Source: an uncultured Verrucomicrobiales bacterium
GTDB taxonomy: Bacteria > Verrucomicrobiota > Verrucomicrobiia > Verrucomicrobiales > DEV007
Direction of reading: 5' to 3'
Assembly (NCBI GenBank): GCA_938091905.1
Contig: CALKOM010000014.1
Coordinates: forward strand, 15,072-79,071
DNA length: 64,000 bases
The position numbers and the translations under genes are program-made. The notes under the pieces are model-generated. The model ran no database searches, was not told the DNA's origin, and saw nothing but the letters and a program-made list of their open reading frames with translations. Of this stretch, positions 1 to 10,208 are shown one piece after another; position 1 is the first letter of the stretch, and each line of letters opens with the position of its first letter.

Positions 1-1313
1 GCAGCTGGGGTGGACTGGGCTTGATTCTCTATGCCATCGCCACCTACAGCACGTCGACGCGTTTCCCCGGATCTGCAGCACTCGCTCCCTGCCTCGGAGC
101 CGGCCTTCTCATCGCCTCAAATGACAAAACGCGCACCGTGGTCGGTCGCCTCCTATCGCTGAGCCCCTTTGTCCTTGTTGGAAAGATCTCTTACTCGCTT
201 TATCTCTGGCACTGGCCCTTGATTGTTCTCTACAAGGCTAGTTCGATTCAAAGCCTAACGCTCAACGAACAGTTAGGGATCTTATTCGCCTCCTTTGTTC
301 TAGCTTGGCTCTCCTGGCGCTTTGTCGAGACTCCCTTCCGCAAGCCTTCCGAATCTTCTAAAATACCTTCAAAGCGCGTCTTCCAAGCATTCGCAGCAGT
401 GACCGTGGTCTCCATCCTCCTCGGCACCATCATCTATAAAAACGATGGCTTCGAGTCCCGATTCTCACCTGCAGTCATTCGCTACATGAATGCCGAGCTA
501 GCGCGCGAACCTGGAGACAAGATTGACCTGCTCGAGAATGGCGCTCCGCCTTTGCTCATCAGAGCAAAGGCCGCCCCCGATGCCCCAGTTCTTCCCGTCC
601 TCATCTGGGGTGATAGCCACGCTCGCTCCATCCTCCATCTCTGCCGCGAAGCCTGCCGTGAATCTGGCACGAACATCTACGCATCAGCCTTCGCCGGAAC
701 ACCACCTCTACTTGGCACCGTCCATCCGCCCAGAATGACGTCGCGAGACTACAACGACGCCGTCCTGGCATTCATCAAAGCTAAGCAAATTGAAACCGTC
801 ATTCTCGTAGGAAGATGGACGCATCATGCCATTGGAGCCCCTGAGACGAACACCCCACCTGCCCTTCGTGCCAGCGACGCCCCCAAGATGTCTTCCAAAA
901 AAGCCTTTCGTTCCAGCTTCACTCGCACCATCCGGTCACTAACAGAATCCGACGTCTCCGTTTGGGTCATGAAGCAGGTGCCCAATCACCGCGTTGACCT
1001 ACCGAGTGCCCTTGCCACCGCTACTCGATTTCCCTCCCAAGCTCCCAACGGCATCGAATCCCTTGGCGTCAGCGTCACAGAGCACCTTGAGTTTCAGAAA
1101 TTCACCAACGAGATCATCGATGCCCATGCCAGCGATTCCGTGACGGTTCTAGATCCTCTATCAACCTTCACAACCGCCTCAGATCGTTGCCGACTTGAAC
1201 GCGGTGGGCATTCACTCTATCACGACGACAACCATCTCTCCGATCGGGGCTCCCTTGAGCTCCGCCCGCTGTTCGAACCTCTGTTTCGAACATGGCATGT
1301 TAGCCAAAAGTAA
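1..1313 (+). CDS. Acyltransferase-3 / SGNH fusion O-acetyltransferase (OafA/OatA-like), 5'-truncated by the window edge
   Basis: Membrane motif GKISYSLYLWHWP, then SGNH motifs WGDSHA and D-x-x-H (YHDDNHLS). The frame is open to the start of the window. Confidence 0.9.
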   Translation, partial: SWGGLGLILYAIATYSTSTRFPGSAALAPCLGAGLLIASNDKTRTVVGRLLSLSPFVLVGKISYSLYLWHWPLIVLYKASSIQSLTLNEQLGILFASFVLAWLSWRFVETPFRKPSESSKIPSKRVFQAFAAVTVVSILLGTIIYKNDGFESRFSPAVIRYMNAELAREPGDKIDLLENGAPPLLIRAKAAPDAPVLPVLIWGDSHARSILHLCREACRESGTNIYASAFAGTPPLLGTVHPPRMTSRDYNDAVLAFIKAKQIETVILVGRWTHHAIGAPETNTPPALRASDAPKMSSKKAFRSSFTRTIRSLTESDVSVWVMKQVPNHRVDLPSALATATRFPSQAPNGIESLGVSVTEHLEFQKFTNEIIDAHASDSVTVLDPLSTFTTASDRCRLERGGHSLYHDDNHLSDRGSLELRPLFEPLFRTWHVSQK

Positions 1314-1414
1314 CTTGATAATAGGAATTACTCTCCTTCGCCGATCAATCGATCAGATCATATTCTTAGGGCCTGATGCGTTCAGCGCTCCCGCACCTTG
1401 TTCCCGTTTCACTT

Positions 1415-2083
1415 TCAGTCACTCCCTATTCCTAGCAACCCACTTTCAAACTCCCATGGGATAGCTATGGAGTGGAGTATGAGCGCTAAATTCCTATACT
1501 TGCTTTCGCTGGCAGCACTGAGCTCGGCGTAGCCGGGATTCTCGCTAGGACCACAAAGCTTCTCACTTCCGCCCTTACAAATCATCGTAAACGGCACATC
1601 GCGCAGGACGCCGAGCGCGTAGACTTCCGCCATCTCCACAGCGAGTTCGCATGAGGCTGGTGCCATGCCAAAAGCGCCAGAGTCCAAACCTTGGAGCTCA
1701 TAGACATGACCGGCGCACGGACTTTCCCAACCGCGCCATTTGACTTCTTTATTCTAGCCATCGCAGCCCACTTCATTGCCACAATGTTCGTCTACACCTT
1801 CAGCAGTAGGCACATGCTTTGCAAACAAGTTGCTATCCCTTGAATTGATCGCCTAGACGAAACATCGGTAATCCGCTGGGCTTTTAATCACTCCATAACA
1901 ATCACGCAACAAGCTCATGGTGAAGTTCGCCAGGTAATTGTCGTGATCGAACTCTTCACAGATTGTTTGTGGCTTCGCCTGGGGATGGGGCCTTGAAATC
2001 TCCATTGCCAGGTCGCGATAACGCTTGGCTTCCTTCGCCCTTTCCGATCCTGCTGGATCTGGTTCTGCATAGGGTAGTTTCAT
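1415..2083 (-). pseudogene. Vanadium-dependent haloperoxidase (bromoperoxidase-like) remnant, N-terminal part only
   Basis: One frame interrupted by TAG at 1853-1855 and 1754-1756. It reads ...NYLANFTMSL...KWRGWESPRAGHVYELQGLD...ELAVEMAEVYALGVLRDVPF. The C-terminal vanadate-binding half is missing. Confidence 0.75.
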
Positions 2084-2475
2084 CCTTTGATACCCTCTCT
2101 ATTTCCTTATTTTAATCTAGTTGACGAGTGACTATGACCTCCCTGGCAATGCCAACAGCTTGAGTATAGGAGACCAAGCTACCGCCCGAACAATTCGGAT
2201 ACCTGCTCGACAACCGAGTAGATGCGCACACCCTACCATTGATGCAGGGCAAGCAAATTGTGGCGGATGCTCAAGCATAGCACTCAAGGCAACAGCGGCG
2301 AAAGTCATTTCAATTCCGCATACCATGCCGCTTTGCTCAATGATTCTGACAACCCTTGAGGTCGGGAGCGTAGGCGAATTCGTCGGCAGAAGGAAGCACT
2401 GACCCACCTAACCAAAAGCGCCATGATAGCATGTCGCAAGATTGTTCAAGTTCACTGAAGCTGCAAATGCGACAG

Positions 2476-4188
2476 CTAATCGTCCTCAGCCTCGAGCGCC
2501 AAGGCTTTCGACGACTTCCGACCAAGCAGGATAAGTTCACTCCGCAACATCTCAGGAAACTTCCCCGCGTCCTCCAACTCGGCTTCAGCCGCAGCCCAAG
2601 TCTGCGGAGAGCCACCTGGCTGACCGCCCAGCTCCTGACAAAGCAAGAGTGACAGGTAAGCGGAGGACAGCGAATCCTCAGAGCCATAACGCCGCCCCGC
2701 AACGAAGTCATCGACAAGTGCTTGGGCCTTCGCTAGGCCATTCTCAAAGTCTTCTAGCATTAGGCAAGCCCGGATGATGTAGTACTGACAGGACGCGTAA
2801 TCCAAGTGCATCCTACGCTCACTGTAGGCACGTTCGCCAACGCTATTGTAGGCAATGATTTCAGCTTGAACCATGTCCGGCATATCCTCACCCATGACCA
2901 CTGGATCGGGATGCCCGCGCATGACCAAGCCTTTGAAATAGATCCCCATTGCTCGCAGGTTGAGAGGATATTGATACAAGACATCTTTGACCAAGTTCTG
3001 TTCCTCTCGCCAAACAGGGGAACGAGACCAAGACAAGGTCGCAAACGAGACGACGAGTATTCCGAGCACCGGCCGTGCGATCCAACGGAGACTAGGAAAG
3101 CGGAAATCCGTGAGTTCACGGACGCCATAGGCGAAGAGAAGTCCAATCCACGGCATAGACGGGTAAGTTCGATACTCCACCATGGGTTCATCTAACGTGT
3201 AGGCGAATCGCAACAAGAGATGGAAGAAGCACAAGCCAAGCAACGCAGCGAGCCAGCGCTTACAGCGAATGTACCTTTCTAAGATCACAGCCGCCGCCGC
3301 AAAGATCACCACAAGCTTGGTCACCGCTTCGCCGTCTGACCAGGCAATGGTCCATGGAATATGATGATCACTCGACAACCCTATAGGCGCAAACATTCTG
3401 CTCACATACTCGCCCATCACCCGTGCTTGCGTCAGCCAGTGATGCCCCAATTCCGCGAAATTCCCGAGCTTGGAAAGCACCAATCCAAACCAAGCCGCCG
3501 TGAACACAATCGCACAGAGCCCTATCCCTGCGATCATCAGTAATCTACTCTTCGGCTCAAGCTGAATTCCTTTGTCCTCACCCAGCCGCGCGGTAAAGAA
3601 GATCAAGATCGTCGCGTGAAAGAACCCTGGCTCTTTCGCCATGCCCGCAAGCAACACTAGCCCTACAGAGATCACACCCCAGAGAAGTCTTCGCCCGTCA
3701 CGCCATTTTAGAAAAGCAACGCACGCGAGCATCGAGAGCAACGTCGCCAGTAGAATCGTGGTCTGCGCGGCATAGTGAACGGGCTCCACACAAAGCGGGT
3801 GCACGGCAAAGAGAAGCGCTCCCCAGAAAGCGAGGGATTCCGCGTGACTACAAATCGATTCTGGCCCCAGCCTAACAAAGGAACGCAGCAAGCCCAAACT
3901 CGTGAAGGCAACCAGACCATGAAGGAACCAATTAAAGCCATGGAAGGCAACTGGGCTCGGCCCGAAGAGAAGATAGATTCCGCGCCAACAAGCGTGGGTG
4001 AGAAATCGACCAATCCAATCAAACTCCAGAGGCTTCGTCCCGATCACCTCCGCCCGCATGACGATGTGGTGAAAGTCGTCCATGTAGAAGGCAGCCTGCC
4101 AGGCTCCGATCTGTGAAAGGAGCGCTGCGGCAAGCACCAAGAGCCAGGGCCAAAGGGTCCGCGCCCAAGGGCAACTCAGTAGCTTCAT
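2476..4188 (-). CDS. TMTC-like GT-C fold membrane glycosyltransferase (putative protein O-mannosyltransferase)
   Basis: YMDD after TM1, FHGFNWFLH, ALLFAVHPLCVEPV and EYRTYP motifs, many TM helices and a helical C-terminal domain. Confidence 0.75.
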   Translation of the reverse strand: MKLLSCPWARTLWPWLLVLAAALLSQIGAWQAAFYMDDFHHIVMRAEVIGTKPLEFDWIGRFLTHACWRGIYLLFGPSPVAFHGFNWFLHGLVAFTSLGLLRSFVRLGPESICSHAESLAFWGALLFAVHPLCVEPVHYAAQTTILLATLLSMLACVAFLKWRDGRRLLWGVISVGLVLLAGMAKEPGFFHATILIFFTARLGEDKGIQLEPKSRLLMIAGIGLCAIVFTAAWFGLVLSKLGNFAELGHHWLTQARVMGEYVSRMFAPIGLSSDHHIPWTIAWSDGEAVTKLVVIFAAAAVILERYIRCKRWLAALLGLCFFHLLLRFAYTLDEPMVEYRTYPSMPWIGLLFAYGVRELTDFRFPSLRWIARPVLGILVVSFATLSWSRSPVWREEQNLVKDVLYQYPLNLRAMGIYFKGLVMRGHPDPVVMGEDMPDMVQAEIIAYNSVGERAYSERRMHLDYASCQYYIIRACLMLEDFENGLAKAQALVDDFVAGRRYGSEDSLSSAYLSLLLCQELGGQPGGSPQTWAAAEAELEDAGKFPEMLRSELILLGRKSSKALALEAEDD

Positions 4189-4293
4189 TTAGCCCAGAAT
4201 CGATGATTTTTACGGTTTATCAACCAATCTCCGACCACCTTTTGAAAGATTATCCCTGGAAGTAGCGAGGCCCTCCGGTATAGGAGCAGACAC

Positions 4294-4929
4294 ATGCCAT
4301 TGACCGACACCCAGACGCAAGAGTCTCCACCAAAGACTGGTCTCGAAGACGAGCCGCGCACCGCGCAAGAAGCACGCTGGGATGAGAACTTCGCCAAACT
4401 AGCATTACGCTATGCCGGAGGAGAACACGCCGATGTCCTTTACGCTCCTTGCGGGAGTACCGGACAATTCTACGAACTCCTGGCAAGCCGCGCGAAGCAT
4501 CTGCATCTCGTCGAAGACAATCCCGCCAAACTCGAATCCCTTCTCGCCACTCATCCGGATGCCAAACGCTGGGAGCCCCAGGTTGGCGAAGTCGCAAACC
4601 TTCCTCTAACAGACCAAAGCGTAGACCTCGCGTTCTGCATGCATCATTTCTACGACCTGCAGGATTCGGAGTCTCGTCTTGCGGCGCTCAAGGAACTCGC
4701 CCGCGTGAGCCGCCGTTACGTCGCCATCAGCGTGCATGACCGCGCGACCCTGAGCTATATTCGCAAACGCATTCGCAGCGAGAAGTCGTTCCCGGACTCT
4801 CTCAGAATGGCGACCATCCTCAAAGAGGCTGCCCACGCTGATCTAGGATTGGTGCTCAAGCACCCAACACTATCACTGTTCGCTTATCAGCGCTCGCTAC
4901 TCTTCGAGAAAACTTCAGCGCGAGGTTAA
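4294..4929 (+). CDS. Class I SAM-dependent methyltransferase
   Basis: VLYAPCGSTG (degenerate motif I), NLPLTDQSVDL and LKELARVS motifs. Confidence 0.7.
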   Translation: MPLTDTQTQESPPKTGLEDEPRTAQEARWDENFAKLALRYAGGEHADVLYAPCGSTGQFYELLASRAKHLHLVEDNPAKLESLLATHPDAKRWEPQVGEVANLPLTDQSVDLAFCMHHFYDLQDSESRLAALKELARVSRRYVAISVHDRATLSYIRKRIRSEKSFPDSLRMATILKEAAHADLGLVLKHPTLSLFAYQRSLLFEKTSARG

Positions 4930-5936
4930 AGCATGCCCCGAGCAACCAGGTTGTTGAGACGGTGCGCCACATTCTCAACCCCGTCCAACACGGTATCGCT
5001 GTAGCTACGACCATCGGTCGTATCAATGCCATGCCCGGAGTCCAGCTTGCGAAGCCCTTCCAACGCAGGGTCCTCATGGTGAAAGAGTTCGACGAAAACA
5101 TACTCCAGCTTACCTGTCTTCGCACAAGCAGCCATGAGTGCGCCAATCCACCCATCATCCGTGGTTAGGCAGCCGCGCGTGGTCTTGCTAGAAGCATGGA
5201 ACATCCCGAGCTCTCCCGCTTTGGCCATGTCACGAATCACGGCCTCATTCTCGGGAATGGTTAGGCTGGAATCTCCACAGTGAGCAGCATCTACCATCAC
5301 CTTGAAGAAGGCCTTACCTAGAGCCTTGTTCGTGGCTTTGACGATTGACCACGCCTTGCCTACATCCGTGAAGGTCTGAAACTCGCCACCCCGCAGAAAC
5401 TCCATGTGCCATGCTTTAATACCACTGTTAGCAAGATCAGCCTCAGCATAGGCTCGCACATGCACTTTCACATTCTGAGCAACAGCGGCATCAAAATCAG
5501 CGCCCACTTTGGGAGTTGCCCCTGGCTTCATCCATTCTTCGATCGATGTAGAAGCCACTTGGGTAATCTCATGTTGTTTAGCCAGGGTCAACCCATCCAC
5601 CAGCATGCCAACGACCGCATCTTCGTCGTCGGGATTCATCGGATCAGCTCCACCGACCATGAGAATGAGGTGCACGGCCAGCCCCAGCGCCTTGAGACCC
5701 TCTATCATCTCATCATTATCTCCGGGCTCGACTCCTGGAAACACCGAAATCTGCACACAGTTAAATTTGACCGACGATTTCTGCACCAAGTGGGCCATTT
5801 CTGTAACAACCAAAAGCTTGCCATCCTCGCCGCGAGGCAGTCGGCCCTCTTCCGGAACCAGCCCGCCCACAAACTTGATGTGCGTAGGCACGATCCCGAG
5901 TTCCACCGATGTTCTGAGTGTGATGCTTTCAGCCAT
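4926..5936 (-). CDS. Sugar phosphate isomerase/epimerase (xylose-isomerase-like TIM barrel)
   Basis: Metal-ligand pattern MEFLR ... VDAAH ... FHAS ... FVELF. Confidence 0.75.
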   Translation of the reverse strand: MAESITLRTSVELGIVPTHIKFVGGLVPEEGRLPRGEDGKLLVVTEMAHLVQKSSVKFNCVQISVFPGVEPGDNDEMIEGLKALGLAVHLILMVGGADPMNPDDEDAVVGMLVDGLTLAKQHEITQVASTSIEEWMKPGATPKVGADFDAAVAQNVKVHVRAYAEADLANSGIKAWHMEFLRGGEFQTFTDVGKAWSIVKATNKALGKAFFKVMVDAAHCGDSSLTIPENEAVIRDMAKAGELGMFHASSKTTRGCLTTDDGWIGALMAACAKTGKLEYVFVELFHHEDPALEGLRKLDSGHGIDTTDGRSYSDTVLDGVENVAHRLNNLVARGML

Positions 5937-6034
5937 GCGCTGTGTTCGCGTAAATCAGATAGGGCGTCAAGCTTGGAGACTTAACCCCATGAAAGAGAGT
6001 GCAGCCCGACGGATCATGGACGAAACTCGAAACC

Positions 6035-7699
6035 ATGATCCGTCCTCTCGCGATCGTTTTGGCCTCTATGATGGTGAGTCCTATCTCCCTAATCGCCGAC
6101 TCAGTGTGGGTTGAAGGAGAAACCGGTCAAACCACCAACCTGCGCAAGAACGGCTGGTATTCGTCCGTTCGAGCACAAGATTTGTCCGGAGCGGACTGGC
6201 TTGCCACGTATGGAAGTGATGTTCCCGTCGTCGCCACCTTTCCTCTTACGTTCACAAAAGCTGGGAACTACACGTTGTGGGTTCGAGCAAATCCTATCAA
6301 CGCAACACTTCACGCTGCAATTGGTGCTTCAGAAAAATGGTTAGAAGTTCCTATTTCCTCAGATCGCCATGAAATAATTAACATTGCCTCTGATGGCAAA
6401 CCAGACCTGCGCTTCCTCGCATGGAGCAAAGTTGGGCCGATATCGCTAGTAGAAGGCGAAACAAGACTTCGCTTTCGAATGTCTTCCAAGAATCGCAACC
6501 ATGGTGCCATCGATTGTTTCTGCCTCACCACCGACTCCGAGTGGAAACCAATTGGTATCTTAAAACCTAACGAATCTTCCAGTTGGCCCGCGCCAAAACT
6601 AACAGACACCAATCTCAGCCACTGGAGCGAATTCATTCGCCCGTCCGAAAAAGATCTCTCCTGGCGTGGCGTTCGTTGGCACCGCCATCTCGATGAAGCC
6701 GCGGCGGAAGCCAGCGACCTTGGGCGCCCCGTTCTCCTTTGGGCGATGAATGGGCATCCATGTGGTGAGACATGAAACAATGACGTCAAAGGACGCGACG
6801 AGATCTGGTCAGATCTCAACCTACAAAAGCTTTCCAAGGAATTTGTCTGTGTCATCGAGGAAACCTTTCATCTCCACCCGCCAAACTGGCTCAAGGATCC
6901 TCCGAGACCAAAGAGCACTGCGCTCTATCGCACCTATGTGAAGAATGCACCCAAGCTCTGGCCTAAAAACACCAGCACCTATCAAGGGTTCTATCTTATG
7001 AGCCCCACCGGTGACTACCTAGGTGGAAACTTCGGCATTGTTCGTGAAGAAGAAGCGCGCAACTTGATGACAACAGCGTTAGAAAAATGGAAAGCGACGG
7101 GTGCGGCCATGCGCACCGTTTCAACGAACCCTCCCGCCCTCTATGGTGGGAATGAGCCCCAACCTGGTTCTCTGAAACTGCAGCTCGCCTACCGTGACCT
7201 CCCACGCGGTGACGTTGAAAGACCAACCACGGTCTACGTTCAGAATCCCTACAACCTCGGATGGTTTGATTTCTCAAAAGAGGAGGCGCGTGCGCTTCTC
7301 ACAAAATCAGAAGAGCCGGTCACAATCCCGCACTCACTCTTTGCTAAGATGGCCACTCGAACACTAAAGGACGCTGTTCGGGGCCAGATGTCACGGTGGG
7401 ATAGCTCGGCACTCCACTCTGGCTCCCTCACTACGCAGCGAATCTTGAAAGCCGGTTCGCGGAGCTCCTATCGCCTAAAAGGATCCGTCAATCTGTCAGA
7501 GAATGAACGCCGCTATGAAGTTCAGTTGCTCGGCAAAGCCGTTTACGATGAACGCCTGCAGGCCTTTTTTGAATTTGAGCTCGTCGCCGTAGGCCAACGT
7601 AGTGGCAAAGGTGGTGCCAATGGCCGCGAAAACGATCTCGGACCTGCACCAATGGGAGTAGCTTTCAAGCTCTATCGATCACCCAAAACGAGCCGCTAA
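6035..7699 (+). CDS. Putative exported selenoprotein, 554 aa, Sec247: signal peptide, CBM-like jelly-roll domain, SelN/thioredoxin-like domain, C-terminal domain
   Basis: ORFs 5999..6775 and 6938..7699 share a frame. The only stop between them is TGA 6773-6775 in RPVLLWAMNGHPCGET-U-NNDVKGR, and a SECIS-like hairpin follows. Confidence 0.8.
6800..6817 (+). promoter_or_regulatory. Candidate bacterial SECIS element (apical hairpin)
   Basis: Perfect 7-bp stem GAGATCT/AGATCTC with a GGTC loop. There are 31 nt between the TGA and the loop. Confidence 0.7.
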
Positions 7700-8206
7700 C
7701 CAAGACTTCTTACATTGAGCATGTAGGTGAGATCTGCCGGATCAGACTCTAGCCTCTACCTTAGCGAAGCGATGAAGTTGTCCACTGTGCACGTGGTTGG
7801 ATACGCATGGTATTCCCACACCACACCCAAGAAGTGCTCGCGCGACACGGGCTCACCCCGATGCTCGGCGGAAAAGCGCTCGCACCCGAGCAATGAGCTC
7901 TTTCATGCTGATGGGCTTCACCAAATAATCATCTGCGTCCGTCTCCAGTCCAGCCACGCGATCATCTACCATGCCTTTGGCTGTCAACATCAGAATGGAG
8001 GGCTTACAACTACGACGCCGCAACTTCAGACACACTCTGTAGCAATCCACCCCGGGCATCATCACGTCGAATAGAATCAGATTACAAGCGCGCTCCAAGC
8101 CAAGTTGACCATCTTCAGCTGTGGCCACACGAGAACCATGCCCCCGCAAGGCCTCTGCTAGAGCCATCCTTATGGCCAGTTCGTCATCGATGATGAGTAG
8201 ACTAGT
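7696..8206 (-). pseudogene. OmpR-family response regulator pseudogene
   Basis: Receiver domain (LLIIDDE...LFDVMMPG...MLTAK...DDYLVKP), then a frameshift/deletion to a winged-helix remnant GEPVSREHFLGVVWEYHAYPTTCTVDNFIASLR*RLESDP...LG*. Confidence 0.85.
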
Positions 8207-8362
8207 CTAGGTACCGGACTTGGGTCGTGGAAACCGCAAGGTGAAGGTACTGGCTTTACCAGAAGCGCTATCAAGCATGACCTTGCCGCCGTAAGCCATA
8301 AGTAGCATTGACGCCACAGGTGCTCGCAATTCATGCAACACGCGCGCCACAAACCGGCTCTC
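8207..8362 (-). pseudogene. Sensor histidine kinase remnant with a large internal deletion
   Basis: H-box SRFVARVLHELRAPVASM joined directly to the terminal HATPase motif GGKVMLDSASGKASTFTLRFP*. Confidence 0.75.
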
Positions 8363-8548
8363 GATATCACTCGCGACGCAATGCATGCTGTGTCAACGCC
8401 AAGTGGTGCGTCTTTCAATCCACGACAGCAATTACGGTGATAACGCTTGTAGGGTTAAGAAGACGTTCAAAAATATTGTCATAACACCACGACCACGCCG
8501 AATGCAGCGTTCGACCATCATTCTTCTCCCACTGCGATGTCGTAAATT

Positions 8549-10122
8549 CTATAACACCGCCCCACTCAAGTATGGGCAGCGGGAATGACCCACTGAAGAC
8601 GACATCGATGATCTCCTTCCGGGTGGTGCGACAGATTCTCGCACGTTGCCAGTCGACACTCTAATTATTCGGTCGTTGTGTCTTAGGAGTATTGGCCCAA
8701 TCAGCAAGATGGCAGCCAAGCTGGGTGTCTCGCCAGAACCTGTCGCCAACAGTGTTTGATAGAGTATCTGCGGAAGGCATAGTGTGCTCGCTCCCTGCTT
8801 CTTCCATTCAAGATAACGCAATCGCATCGTATGGGCGCGCATAGGTCTACCCTGAACTTCGGCCCCAGGATCGGCCCCACGTGCGATCAGCTCCTGAGCC
8901 TCATCCCACTTCTTATCTTGCAGAGCATGGAACATGCGGTGTCTTCTCCTGATTATCACCGGCATCGATTTCTGCAACGGCCTCTATCAATGCTGGCACT
9001 AACTCGAAAGCCCCACCACGAACAGCTGCATGTAGAACAGTCCCGCAAAACCGGTCCGTCATGGTTAGATCTGTTCGCGAAACAAGCTGGATGGAAAACT
9101 TGAAACGCTCACTGTCTGCAAGCGCTTAATGAAATGCTGAGGGATATTGTCCCACAACAGCACTTACATCCGCGCCTTGCAGTGAGAGCAAAGCAAAGAT
9201 CTCGTTTTGATCGCGGTCGATAGCCCAGATTAGCGGTGTCGGTTCTCCTTCCGCAGCGACGAGATTCAGATTAGCATCCCGCTCATGCAACAGCTTCACA
9301 AAGGGATGTCCATCGCGAAGGACGGCAGGATCTAACATCATTATTCTCCTTTCGCGTTTCTTGCCGTCAAAGCGAAACAAATCGTTCTTGATCTCGTATA
9401 TGCCATTTGGAGTAGAATTCCTGTTCAACAACAGCCTACCGACACTCTGGAACCCACTCACAATCGCCTCTCCTAGAGGAGAGCCGCACTCGATATCCAC
9501 GCCTGACGTTATTAGATATTCACATGCTTTTAGGCGCCCATACTGCGCAGCGATCGAGAGAGCTGTTTCGTGATCGATATCCACGCCATTCTTGAGAAGA
9601 AACTCTAGAACCCGCAAGTGTCCGTTCCTAGCAGCTCGATGGACGGGAGCGTAACCTTCTTCCACGGCAGAAATCAGAACTGGGCTGTCTGAGATGATCT
9701 TGCTCAGACGCTCACTCTCCCTCGCTTCTCCCTCGCTTCTTCATCAAGCAAATCGAGCGCCGTTTCTACTGAAGAAGCTTTCTCTCACAAGGCGAGTAGA
9801 TTCTCTCGCCTGAGCCGGGCAAGCGAATCATGCGCGGGAAATTCGGCAAGCTACTGCAGATAAAGCTTCACTGCCTCCTTAGGGCGGTTCTGCTTACGCC
9901 GGACTTCGACGAGCCAGAAGAGCGCTGTAGCGGCGAACTGGCGATGGGAGTGGTAAGTCTCCAACAGCTTCTCATAGCCCGGGGCCGGTTGCGTCAGGCC
10001 TTGAGAGGCTTCCTCCTCAATTAGAGCCTCACGAAGAAGTTTCTCCAAGTCATCTCTGCGAGATTCTTGAGCAGAAAGGCTAAAGTAACAAGAACCGAAA
10101 GAATGAGGATCGATGGCTTCAT
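8549..10122 (-). pseudogene. Secreted TPR plus ankyrin-repeat protein, fragmented
   Basis: Signal-like start MKPSILILSVLVTLA at 10122 frameshifts to LLREALIEEEA...AATALFWL, then TAG at 9851-9853. Ankyrin repeats (PVHRAARNGH, TALSIAAQYG, TPLIWAI) lie at 9126..9665, with a further fragment at 8549..8977. Confidence 0.75.
9716..9740. repeat. 11-bp tandem duplication (TCTCCCTCGCT x2) inside the ankyrin pseudogene
   Basis: Direct reading of the sequence. Confidence 0.8.
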
Positions 10123-10208
10123 TATACCAAGATAGCACCTGCCGCTCCCGCATTGCGTCATGGATGCGGCATATCGACATCTGTCAATCTTGTGCTAGTT
10201 CTGGTCCC

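Noticed and set aside
2121..2470. Short ORFs between the haloperoxidase relic and the TMTC-like gene
   Set aside because: No recognisable motifs in any frame; probably intergenic or fully decayed sequence.
5406..6114. Long alternative-frame ORFs (5406..5984, 5509..6114; likewise 12568..13242, 14673..15362, 57451..58089)
   Set aside because: They are shadow ORFs overlapping well-supported genes and have no motifs of their own.
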